Shown one piece after another: positions 1 through 11,214 of a stretch of 64,000 bases of DNA. The notes under the pieces are model-generated. The model saw nothing but the letters and a program-made list of their open reading frames with translations, ran no database searches and was not told where the DNA came from. The position numbers were made by a program, and so were the translations under genes. Each line of letters opens with the position of its first letter. Positions within the stretch are counted from its first letter, which is position 1. This stretch comes from Macrostomum lignano (lineage: Eukaryota): NCBI GenBank assembly GCA_002269645.1, contig NIVC01001635.1:186001-250000 (forward strand), read 5' to 3'.

Positions 1-1418
1 AGATAGCCATCAATTATTTAAACAAATTTACTATAAAATAAACTTATTTAAATATGTAAGATTGTTTATCTAAATTTACTTTAAATTACTTTTTTAGTTT
101 TAAATACATTTTTTTGATTTTAAGGAGGTATAAAAAGATAGTCCTTTTAGTTTTCCATTGTAGGTTAAGTATACTATTTACAATAGAATAAATTTCCTAT
201 ATTGTTATATATTGTATGCTATTTATTTTTTTCTTTTGCACTATATACTAATGCTTGGGATTATTATAGCTCAATTTCAAAGTTAAGAAATGGATTGTTC
301 ATCAATGTATTATTTCTTCTATAATACTATTTATCAATTTTAGACCTAGCATAACTTTGCTTTTGTCCAAGCCTAAATTTGAATTGAAACTTTGAGCAGT
401 CTTTTGACTTGTATGTTTTTAATAAAATTAATAAGTATTATAAAGATTATTATGCAAAAGCAAACTTATAAATAAAAAGAATAGTATATGCTACAAAAGA
501 TCAAAATTCTAAGACAAAATATTATAAAGCAGTTAAATGACATTAGTGACCTTGCTATATCTTTTTGTCCTTACTGGTTTCTAATCTAGTGCAATATGGC
601 AATGTATGTGTGTCAATGTCACTAATGTCATTTAACTGCTTTATAATATTTTGTCTTAGAATTTTGATTTTGATTTTGATTCATAGTCAATATATATATA
701 TATACCATGTTTTTGTTTGTATTGAAGCATTCATAGAAATAGTACCTTGACTTTTAAATAAAAAAAAATGATGCAAAAGTTATATGATACAATGGCAATG
801 GCATTTCTACTCCTGTAATCAAAACCAGAGTGTTTAAACTTCTTATTTGCAATTGCCAATTTAAAAAATATTATACTGGGTTTCTTATATAGTCAAAAAT
901 GGTTTTGTCATGAGCACTATTTGAAAACAACAGAAGTGTATTAATTGATAATAATAGGTATTTTGTTTAAGTTTTAACTACAAATTACTTTGTCTTTAGA
1001 TATGTCATAAGTAATGTCACTGATGTGGAAACAGTTGCACATTAACAAAACTGTAGCAATCATAGTTTCAAAGTGCCCCCCCCCCCAATATCAATCACCC
1101 TCTGGCGTGGCATTGCTGGTACAGCTTCTTCCCACCTAAGCTTGCAGGTTTTTTTCCTCCAGCAGCCAGAACCAGTGCAATCTGCCACAAAATGAATTGG
1201 ATTTGGCCAGAGATCTCAGTGTGCTGGAAAAGTCGTTAAAATTCTGATCATCAACCTTGGTGGTTGGCAAAGTTGGAGACTCAGTACAGATGGAGACTCG
1301 CTTGGTCTCACTAAGTGCAGTGACATTACTTATAACTTATTAAAAAAGTGTCATTTCCTTGGTCATAAAAATCATACAAATCATTATATCCCATAAACTA
1401 AAATCATTTATCTACCAG

Positions 1419-3692
1419 GCCAGCGCATCAAGCAGCTTCGAGAGCAGCTCAAAGTGTGGGTTAAGACGCCGTCTCGTGATGAGCCGCCTATTTTCGAAGT
1501 GACTGGCCTACCAGAGAAACTTGCCGAAGTAAGTACCCCAACTAATAGAGAGACTCACTATGGTAATAGATTAATAGAGTGACTCACTGCCAGCATAGAC
1601 TAATAGAGTGACTTATGGCCAGTCAAACTGTCATAGATTAATAGAGTGACTCACTGCCAGTCATAGACTAATAGAGTGACTCACTGCCAGCATAGATTAA
1701 AAGAGTGACTCACTGTCAGTCATAGACTAATAGAGTGACTCACTGCCAGTCATAGATTAAAAGAGTGACTCACTGTCAGTCATAGACTAATAGAGTGACT
1801 CACTGCCAGTCATAGATTAAAAGAGTGACTCACTGTCAGTCATAGACTAATTGAGTGACTCACTGCCAGTCATAGACTAATAGAGTGACTCACTGCCAGT
1901 CATAGACTAATAGAGTGACTCACTGCCAGTCATAGACTAATTGAGTGACTCACTGCCAGTCATAGACTAATAGTGACTCACTGCGGGCGGTCAGCATTGT
2001 CTAACTCCACCCAATTGAACTGCGCCATCCCGCAGGCCAAGTGTCACATTCTGCGAATGAGCGAGCACTTCACCAAAGTGCAGCAGGAGCGGATGCAGCG
2101 CACCGAGCCGAATCGAATGGAGGACCGGCTGTACGTGGAGCAGGACAAAGTCGGCCTGATTGTCGGCGCCAACGGGCAAACGATTCGCTGGGTGCAGCAA
2201 CTGTCAGACACGCATATCGCCACTCCGCGCAAGCAGGAGTCCTTTCCTGGCCTGCCGCCGCCGCAAACTTATTTCACCATCTGCGGCGCTACAGACAAGG
2301 TGAAGTTTGCTAAACAGCTCATCTGCGAATACGTCACTCTGCGCTGCCAGGGCCTCTGGCTCGATCCCGATCTGGAGCCCTCCGCCGAGGCCTCCAAATT
2401 GGTGCGCGACTTTCACCAGCGCCGTCAGGTTGAGGATACTCAGCGCAAGACGACTGTCGGACCGTCGAATGGCGGCGGCGGCGGATCTTCTGCTGCAAAT
2501 GGACCTGTTGCTTCGATTAGACCTGCTGCTGGGAGCGGAAGTGAGTACACTAATTGAGTCGTCCAGGCATACACGCGCAACTCCTTGATTAACGCAAATT
2601 TAGGTAAACGGCAGGAGTAGCTATCATTGTTTTGTGAAGGCTAAATTCCTCGTCATCTAATTAGTACTCCGCATGGTGTGCTGAAAAAATGAAAACTTCC
2701 TATCTCCGTATAGTGTGTTTTTCGGCGAAAACCAGCCTCCTTAACATTTTCTAAAAACGTAGTTCTCCCGACCTTCTACTTAAGTAGTTCTTGATGGGCA
2801 GAATTGCAATCAACAGCTCAGCCGCAGCTATTGCGCGGCGCATCTGAAGGCTGCGTTCGGCTGTTCAGTCCAATGACTGGAGGGGTGGGGGGTCGCTGGC
2901 ACCCATTTTACAGCTGGGTGAACTGAAGCAATGCAGAGTTAAGTCTCCTGTTGAGACTTAAGTAGGTCGAGAATTGAACCCCCGACCTTTCTAACCACTA
3001 ACCGCTAGGCTCCAAACCTTTGCTGATTATTAATAACAAATACAACAATGGCGTTGTAAAGACACTGCTAGGACAATGAAGGTCAGATCAGATGAAGGAC
3101 AGACTGTCATCTGCTATTCCCTCCCGCAGTTGACGCCATCAGCAAGTACGCTGTGTCCTCATCAGCCTTGCCGACTAGCCGAGTGGCTGGCGGCAGCATC
3201 GGAGGCTTCGGCGACTTTGCCGGCAGCGGCAACGGCGGTGGCGCCTCGGCTGCCAGCGTTCGCCAGCTGATCAACGACATGGAAGACATGTGGAGCCGTT
3301 GCAGCATCTCCGATCAGCAGAACAATAGCACTGCTACTGCTGCTACTACTGGCAATAGTAGTATTAACAATAATGCCCCGATTGTTAATCCGTTGCTAAT
3401 GTCGGCCGTCAACGCCAGCGCCTGGTATCCGCCGCCGCCGCAGCAGCAGCCGCCAGCAGCCTCGCTGTACAGCATGAGCGACCGGCGCTATTCGTCCGCC
3501 GATTTAACCAACGCCACTGCTGACGATGCCGGCTTTGGAGGCTACGGGAATCCGCAGCAGCAGCAGCAGCAGCAGATTCCGCCAATGCCAGTTGGCCCTG
3601 GCTTCCAGCAGCAGCAGCAACTGCCTGCTATGAAGAAATCGGTCAGTGAAGAGCAGGTCTCGCCGCAACTGGTTGGACCCGGCTGGATGTAG
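1419..3692 (+). CDS. mex3: MEX-3-like tandem KH-domain RNA-binding protein, 5'-partial. Exons 1419-1528, 2036-2540, 3130-3692; the first coding exon(s) lie upstream of the window.
   Basis: The spliced translation GQRIKQLREQLKVWVKTPSRDEPPIFEVTGLPEKLAE-AKCHILRMSEHF...VGLIVGANGQTIRWVQQLSDTHIATP matches the MEX-3 KH1 second half (IK.LR.KT.TYIKTP.R.EEP.F.VTG), the linker (EHF) and KH2. Introns are GT-AG with phases 0 and 1 that fit. A Q/P/S/G-rich tail ends at TAG 3690-3692. Confidence 0.88.
1545..1982. repeat. 30-bp minisatellite (AGAGTGACTCACTGCCAGTCATAGACTAAT) in a mex3 intron
   Basis: About 14 tandem units, 13 with an intact TGACTCA. Confidence 0.95.
2813..3018 (-). mobile_element. tRNA-derived CORE-type SINE copy with a partly deleted head
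   Basis: Shares TTAACTCTGCATTGCTTCAGTTCACCCAGCTGTAAAATGGG and the tail CAGTC..GGACTGAACAGCCG..CGCAGCCTTCAGATGCG with four other copies. B-box-like GGTTCAATTC is present. Confidence 0.85.
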
Positions 3693-6600
3693 AAACATCG
3701 CTGCAGCTTCATGCTGGCTTCATCCTAACTAAATTTACTGCCATTATTCAGTTGCTCGATTAATAAATATTTTAAGATTATAAAAATAGTGTTTTATCCA
3801 GTTAGTGGGATTTTGAAAGATAATTAAATATTTTTCTCTCGTATTTAACTATCGGATCGATTACTAATAATCCAATTTATTTATATAAAAAAGCATTTCG
3901 ATTTTTTTATAATCAGTGCAGTGCAAATCCTCTCTGTATTATTAAATTCTCGCGTGTGCTATTTTTAACTACTAAGATGTACTTTGCTAGTAGTATATGT
4001 TCCATCTATAATCTATTGTGCGAAGATAGAGAAATATCTCTTCCATTTTGGATTTAACTGCTGCCGGTTTTATATCGATTTAACTAATTATAACATTATA
4101 ATTATCATAGTAGTAGTAGTGTGTATTATCCCCAGAATTCCAATTGGCTTACCAATTATCTAAGAGATCTAGCAGTGCTAATTTTAATCTGCCTCCCTAA
4201 TTATTGCTCAGTTTGGGCGCGTACTTTTTAACTTACCCCGTGTGCAGCTTGCCCGATTGTTTTTTTAAATCTATTTTATGTATTCGATGTTTTACTAATC
4301 TGTCTCGGTTTTTGTTTATTAGACCAATTCGGTCTCCAAATATAGTTATAATTTACTAGAAAAACTACTTAAATATATTCATATTATGAGTTAACTTTAA
4401 TAAATGTACTCAAATTTAGTCTCAGATGTGAAATGCAAACGAGTTTGATTTGGTAGATATTATTATTATTATTATTATTAAGTATGTTGTTTAATTTCCA
4501 ACTCTTCTGTGGATTGAATAGCCTATAAATTATTATGATTACGCATAGCAACTAGTGCTGCTCCTTGGCATATTAAAGAAACATTTCATAGCTTATTTTT
4601 CTGCAGTTGCACCCCAAATTGATCAGCCATTTGTCTATGGTGTGTTTTGTATTTTTTTATATATTTTTTCGAATAACCCGATGAGTATTCTATAAATCTA
4701 AAATATAATATCCAAAATAGGCTATGCAAATCTAATATTTATCTACAAATTATTTTCTTTTCTACTAAAATTGCTTGCAGCCAGAGAATGGTTAATTCAT
4801 TGGAACAAAGAATGCTTTTAATTTTCACCTTTATTCCGTCATCTAGTTTGATTAAAAGTGCAGTTAGTTTTTTAAATAGAGTAGACAAACATGTTAGTGT
4901 TGCTGCATTCTTATTTTATTAATGTGTTACAGCTTGATGGAGTAAATGCTTTTTTATGTTTTAGTGCAGATCTCACGTGCAGTTCAAAACTTATCCAGGT
5001 GTGTCATTAACGGATCATATTAACTATTAAATTACTGTTTTCTATGCTGTTTCATCGTATTTTTGATAAGAAAAATATTACAACTATTAAAAAAAACTTT
5101 TCTATAATAAATACTGATTATAACGAGGCTTTTATCGAATGGCGTTCCATCACACCTGCCCTCCACCCCAGGCATTTTGCATGTTAGCTGTGTCAGCAAC
5201 TGTCAAAAAACTTTTGATTCAATGCTTCGGATTGCAAATGCACGGCACAGTTGTCGCTTATATTTATATTTATAAATCTACTCTAACAACTATTGTTCTC
5301 ATATTGATTTGTAATCCGGTCAGGTATTTTTAAATTCCATAAAGTTATTTAATAGAATTAGCATAGTCACATATCTATATCACCTTATAGTGTTTTAAAT
5401 CTGTCAGTTTTTTTGAGATGAAAAATGAATTCGAACAATTGAAAGATCTTCGTGTACTTTTGGTTTCCAGTGTTGCTCATAGTTATAAGTTTTCAAATCA
5501 TCCATCGCTTTAATGTTGTGTTAAAAATGAAATTATCCCAGTTATTATATTTCTGTTGTGTTGCTATCCAATTTTCAGCCCTTATCCGCAGTTTCTGCTC
5601 TTCTTAACTTTATAAAGTTCAGTTCGAACTTTGTCGATGTTGCGTTATGTTGCTTCTCATTTATCATCATCGATGAACTAAGTTTGTCACCTTTGATTAA
5701 CAAAATATGAGCTATGTTATTTTTTTACTCAGTTCGAATTCATCAAATAGCAAACTTGGTCACCTCTCGAATCTTCGAAAGTCTATTTTTTAAAGATTTT
5801 TGTCGCAAAATAAAATTCAGGATTGAAAAAACTTAACTGTCAAACAAAAGTGCGTGTTGCTTTTTTAAACTGTCTTTTGTTTACAAGACTTACAACCAAT
5901 GTGTACAGGTGTGCATGTAATGTACACGCACACGCCCAGCACAGCCCTCCGAAAGAACTCGGAGCTATGCATATGTACGTATGGTTCTCAGTTTCAGGTT
6001 TAGCAGCAATTCAGAGAACTGTTTCTTCCGAACCATGACTTTCAACCAAGCCCTAAAAAGATCCCTTAGCTGCATCATTTCCGAGAAAGTGAAACAGCCG
6101 AGCGCCGGGCACAGTCGTAATTTTTTTACATTCGATCGCTTTCTGAACTTTATGCTTTGTGTACTATTAAATCTATGCTGTAGGTTAGGAAGTTGCGTTC
6201 CCTAATGAAACTTTTTCGCCGTGAAAGTAAATAATATAACATCATAACGAATAAATCATGGCTGTTGTTTCACGCTCCGAACAATTCTAGACCTACAGCC
6301 GAGTTTTTCTGTCATAAAAATTAGCTAAAGTACTTTCAAAATAGCACAGTCAGCGGCCAATGTGTCTAGACAATATTTTAAAGATTTTTCAAAACAATAT
6401 TAATACTTTATAAGCTGCTGCAAGGGACAAGGGACCGCGAAAATGAGCTCTAAATTTTACACAAAGTTCTGAACCAGAACCTGTGTATTCCTCGTGGGGC
6501 GCTTAATTATTAATCTCGAAACTTTACACTGCCAAAACAGGGGAACTTTAAAGACACGAAATTTCACAAAATTGAAGTCTTCTAAGAGCTGTCTCTCCAG

Positions 6601-7702
6601 TGCAATTTGACATTCAAATTTCGGGTTTGTAAAACGCCCCCCAGCGAAGCGGTCGACTACGTACGAATCCTATAGTTTAAAGAACAAAAAAAGACAAAAA
6701 ATGCAATTAACAGAAAATAATATTACTTACAGTAGACAGAGCTGATCTGGGCCAACAGGTAGAACGTTAACAATCAAGGATAAAAAGATTATTAAATCCA
6801 TTGCGCATGTAGTTTGTTTATTTTTCAAGATTTTAGGTTTGCATTTCATTTCAAGCGTAGAATATCTGTCGGTTAAAACCATTTCGGCAGCACAAAAGTT
6901 CTTTAAATTCATTAAATTTTACAAAAAATGATAACAGAGCAACAACAAATTTTAACTGCTACTTATAGTATTATTATATTATATTATTATCGATATAATA
7001 AAGAATAATGCAATTTGTACAAGTATAAATATAACAATATAATAAGCTAACAATTACCTTTCTTGAGGTTTTTATATTTTATCAAACATCATTTTTTGTT
7101 CAATCTTATAGATTTCAGTTTGAGCAGCATTTTACGATTAACTTAGCTTCATTCGAGAAACAAATCAAACCAAACAATCCATTTCAGGTTAGATAACACA
7201 GGTGAAAAAAGTACACGGCGACAAAATGCTTAATATAAACTACTTCTAGTACTACACAGAGAATATTTTGCATTTTTACTACAAGTTAGGTATTTTTGAA
7301 AACTGACACATCTAAACGGAGATTTATTGCCAAAGTTAAAAGCAAAATACTCAAGACGAACGTAAAACGTGTCTTAAATAAAAATTATCAAGTCAGAATG
7401 TTTATTTTCTGCTCCTTCCCTGCACTACTTTTAGTAAAATAATTAGTTCACTTTTTTAGACAATATAGGTTTATTTCTACTATAAGTAGACTATGACAAG
7501 ACATTGACATCGACAAGATTATATTCTTTCCTACCCTGCACTACTTTAAGTAGAATAAATTAATTTGAAAATAATTTTTTAGGCTTTTTTCTGTATTGAT
7601 ACCAGTAGACTACAACGGACATTAAAATTAATTATTGATGGTAATTTTTTGTCTCAACGAACACAGTCACAGTTTCTTCACCACCTAGTTTAATTCAATA
7701 GC

Positions 7703-9643
7703 TTAATAAACATAATTCTGCGGAGCTTCAGGCGGACAGAAGCGCAGTACGAAAGCGATAAAGCCGCGAATAATTGACTGGCCAATCTGGGGGCAGCTGG
7801 GCGACAGGCAGAATTGTTCGGCGCGAATTCGCAGATCTCTGAACACCGTGCGGTTGTAGGGATTTCGATTCGAACAGTAGCGCAAGATCAGAAACTTGTA
7901 GTACAGGAACGGGGTGACAATGGAGCCATAGCCAGTGAACAGCATGAGAATAACTGCTGGCATTAGGAAGATCTCATTCAGAGCGATTAGGGTCAGGATG
8001 GTGCGCGTGTTCCGGTCGATGTAGCTGGTCAAGCGGAGCACCTGCGGTGGGTTTTTTGAGTTGCGGTAATTAGCACCTGGTTGCCTAGCAACTGAGGATC
8101 TGGGAGGCTGACCCAGCAACTAAGGATCTGGGAGGCAGGTGGCCCAGCAACTGGGGAGGCTGGCCCAGCAACTGAGGATCTGGGAGGCTGGTCCAGCAAC
8201 TGAGGATCTGGGAGGCTGGCTCAGCAACTGAGGATCTGGGAGGCAGGTGGCCCAGCAACTGGGGAGGCTGGCCCAGCAACTGAGGATCTGGGAGGCTGGT
8301 CCAGCAACTGAGGATCTGGGAGGCTGGCTCAGCAACTGAGGATCTGGGAGGCAGGTGGCCCAGCAACTGGGGAGGCTGGCCCAGCAACTGAGGATCTGGG
8401 AGGCTGGTCCAGAAAGTGACACTCTGGGAGGCTGGCCCAGCAACTGACACTGGGAGGGTGGCCCAGCAACTGAGGATCTGGGAGGCTGGCCCAGCAACTG
8501 AGGATCTGGGAGGCTGGTCCAGAAACTGACACTCTGGGAGGCTGGCCCAGCAACTGACACTCTGGGAGGCTGGCCCAGCAACTGAGGATCTGGGAGGCTG
8601 GTCCAGAAACTGACATTCTGGGAGGCTGGCCTAGCAACTGAGGATCTGGGAGGCTGGTCCAGAAACTGACATTTTGGGAGGCTGGCCCAGCAACTGAGGA
8701 TCTGCGAGGCTGGTCCAGAAACTGACATTCTGGGAGGCTGGCCCAGCAACTGAGGATCTGGGAGGCTGGTCCAGAAACTGACATTCTGGGAGGCTGGCCC
8801 AGCAACTGAGGATCTGCGAGGCTGGCCCAGCAACTGAGGATCTGTGAGGCTGGTCCAGAAACTGACACTCTGGGAGGCTGGCCCAGCAACTGAGAATCTG
8901 AGAGGCAGGTGGCCCAGCAACTGACACTCTGGGAGGCTGGCCCAGCAACCGAAGATCGGTAGCCAGCAGCCATAACAGTGTAAGTCCGTGGGTTGAGTTG
9001 CAGCGAATAACAAAACGTGAGGAGACCTCACAGGCTCACGCCAATATATTTATTGCCAAAGTTAGGGTGGGTGTAAGCACCCTAAGCACACACACGCCGC
9101 AGCGCTTAAACCCCAACCCCCAAACCAGCCAGACGTGCGCATTTAAGTGCACGCGCACCAATAAGCGAGACTACAACAGCAATGAACCCCGGCCCGCACC
9201 TGATCAGTCACAGGCAGCTGCTGCCTGGTCACCAGCTGCCTGGTGTACACGGTGGAGTGCAGCAAAGCGAACAGGAACACAGGGACCAAAGCCAGAGTGA
9301 CCGGGGCAGGCGCCATAGCAAAGATGAGCACAAACAGCAGGTAGTGAGCATTATCCTCAGCCAGCAGTCGCCGCATGCCGTCCATATTCATTGTGACGCC
9401 GGCCTCCCGAGCTCGGGTGTGCAGCTTCAAAGCGGAGGCGACGCCGTACGCTAACAGGGCCCTGGTGTGCCAGGCGGGCAGGGAGGTGAACAGGTACAGA
9501 ACAGTGAACACCAGGGTGCCCAATCGGGCCATGTACATGAGAAAATCGTGGTTGCCGCCTCGACCAGCTGCTGGCTGCTGCTGCTGTTGTTGCTGCTGCT
9601 GATTGCTTTCATCTACATGATCTCCACCTGCTTGTTGAGACAT
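7703..9643 (-). CDS. TMEM33: Transmembrane protein 33 (TMEM33/Pom33/Kr-h2 family), ~260 aa. Exons 9643-9200 and 8041-7703.
   Basis: RALLAYGVASALKLH...LLAEDNAHYLLFVLIF...PVTLALVPVFLFALLH and ALNEIFLMPAVILMLFTGYGSIVTPFLYYKFLILRYCSNRNPY are diagnostic TMEM33 motifs. A phase-0 GT-AG intron joins the two exons. Confidence 0.93.
8080..8092. promoter_or_regulatory. RFX X-box-like motif GTTGCCTAGCAAC near the acceptor end of the TMEM33 intron
   Basis: Matches GTNRCC-N(0-3)-RGYAAC; function untested. Confidence 0.4.
8085..8950. repeat. ~28-bp GC-rich minisatellite (GGAGGCTGGCCCAGCAACTGAGGATCTG and variants) in the TMEM33 intron
   Basis: About 30 tandem variant units; source of ORFs 8085..8450, 8120..9031, 8329..8973 and 8631..8948. 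Confidence 0.95.
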
Positions 9644-9812
9644 CTCTAATTTTGATTTCTTTACTTGTTTATGGCTGTTCTGTAGGTCAAATTTGAGATT
9701 GCAGCCACATGCAAGGAAGTAATAATTGTACTTAATGTTGCGTCTTATGAGCCTCTGACACATACAAGTTGCAGAAGTCTGCAGAATCTATGGTTGCAGA
9801 CTATTTAAATTT

Positions 9813-9992
9813 GAGTTAAGCATGTTGCTCAATGACACAAATCGTTCCAAGTGGGCAAAGAATCGAACCCCTGACCTTCTAGTTGTAAGTCTGACACTAA
9901 CCAATAGGCTACAACCCCTAGTTAATTCTTAACTCTGCATTGCTTCAGTTCACCATACAGCCATACACAGCCTTCAGATGCATCTCTGCACA
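9813..9992. mobile_element. CORE-type SINE copy with an inverted 5' part and an internal deletion, CpG-decayed
   Basis: 9813-9918 is the reverse complement of the head plus first half of the core. 9929-9992 is the forward second half of the core and the tail. Confidence 0.8.
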
Positions 9993-10893
9993 TTAGAGCA
10001 GGTGCAATCAATTAATTATTTTTATCAAATTCGACAATGATAGAGAAGCAATAAAATCTAAAGAATCCTAATGATTATAAAACATAGTAACAAATAAAAT
10101 TGCATTCAGCTTAGAAAAAAACAGGGTGCTATAAACAAAAGTTGATATATCATGGTAAATATTTAAAATTTAACACAAAACCTAGCTTGAGTTTTTATAG
10201 AATCCTAAGCATAATATATATGTTTTTAAAATATAGAATATTCTTACAGGTCTAATTGTATTAATAATTTGTTATGGCTATAGAAATTTATGGCATCTAT
10301 AATAAAATTAGTGTTTAAATACAACTATAATGGCTATAAATATTTTTGTAGAAAAGAAATTTTCTATTGTTTATAACTATGGAAATATGGCTTAGACTTA
10401 CTTAGGCCAAAGCTGACTCAACTAGAGCTTTTACTAGTCCATGTTATGGCTATATCCCTAATACCATTGCTATGCTAATCAAAAATCATATAGGTATATG
10501 ATAATATTTTAAAAGTAACTATCCTCTATAGGAGATAAACCTTTTTAAATAGTTATTTTTCATTACAAAATAAGCAAGAAAATATATTTTGCTTAACAAT
10601 TTTGAAATTATTGAATAAATAACCAAGGGTATCTAAAGTAGACTCTTTAGAAGGTCTTGGTAAATGCTAAAAAAGCCAGTCATTTTGTATATAGATAGAA
10701 AGTTTTGAATTCTATTTAAGGTATCAATAATAAACCTTCAAAATTTATAGCCTTTGCTTGCAGTGCTAAAAATTAAAAAGGTTGGTTAAACTAACAAAAA
10801 AATCTAAATAGGATTAGGGCCTAGTCTGAATATAAAATCATGCTTTTAATACTGCATAAAGTTAGTTGCTTCAGTATTTAGGGCCTACAATTA

Positions 10894-11214
10894 TATTTAT
10901 CTTTTTTATAGTTCACCTATATCCCTTTTGCTGCCTTTTTAGTGCCTCTATATTCTATAGCTATGTGAAGTGTGCATCTTAGCAGTTTATAAGGCCTTTT
11001 TTCTAGGATATACCTGTCTTATAGCTAGTTTTCTTTGCATTTTCAATCTTTGCTTTAACAACTTGGCATTATATTTTATAGCTTTAGCTTTTTGCTTATA
11101 GTCCTTATAGTCCTTGAGGGCTTTACAAACTGCTAAGATGCACACTTCACATAGCTATAAAGGCACTAAAAAGGTAGCAAAAATGGGATATAGGAAAACT
11201 AAAAAAGATAATTA
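10894..11214. mobile_element. MITE/foldback-like element with ~100-bp imperfect terminal inverted repeats
   Basis: 10896-10998 (TTATCTTTTTT..CCTATATCCC..TTTTTAGTGCCT..ATAGCTATGTGAAGTGTGCATCTTAGCAGTTT) is mirrored at 11117-11214. A third terminal fragment starts at ~11741. Confidence 0.7.

Noticed and set aside
3693-5100. MEX-3 recognition elements (DKAG-N0-8-UHUA) in the mex3 3'UTR, suggesting autoregulation
   Set aside because: The motif is too degenerate for such AT-rich sequence and no enrichment can be shown by eye
8085-9031. Several 100-300-aa minus-strand ORFs
   Set aside because: They are translations of the 28-bp intronic minisatellite inside TMEM33
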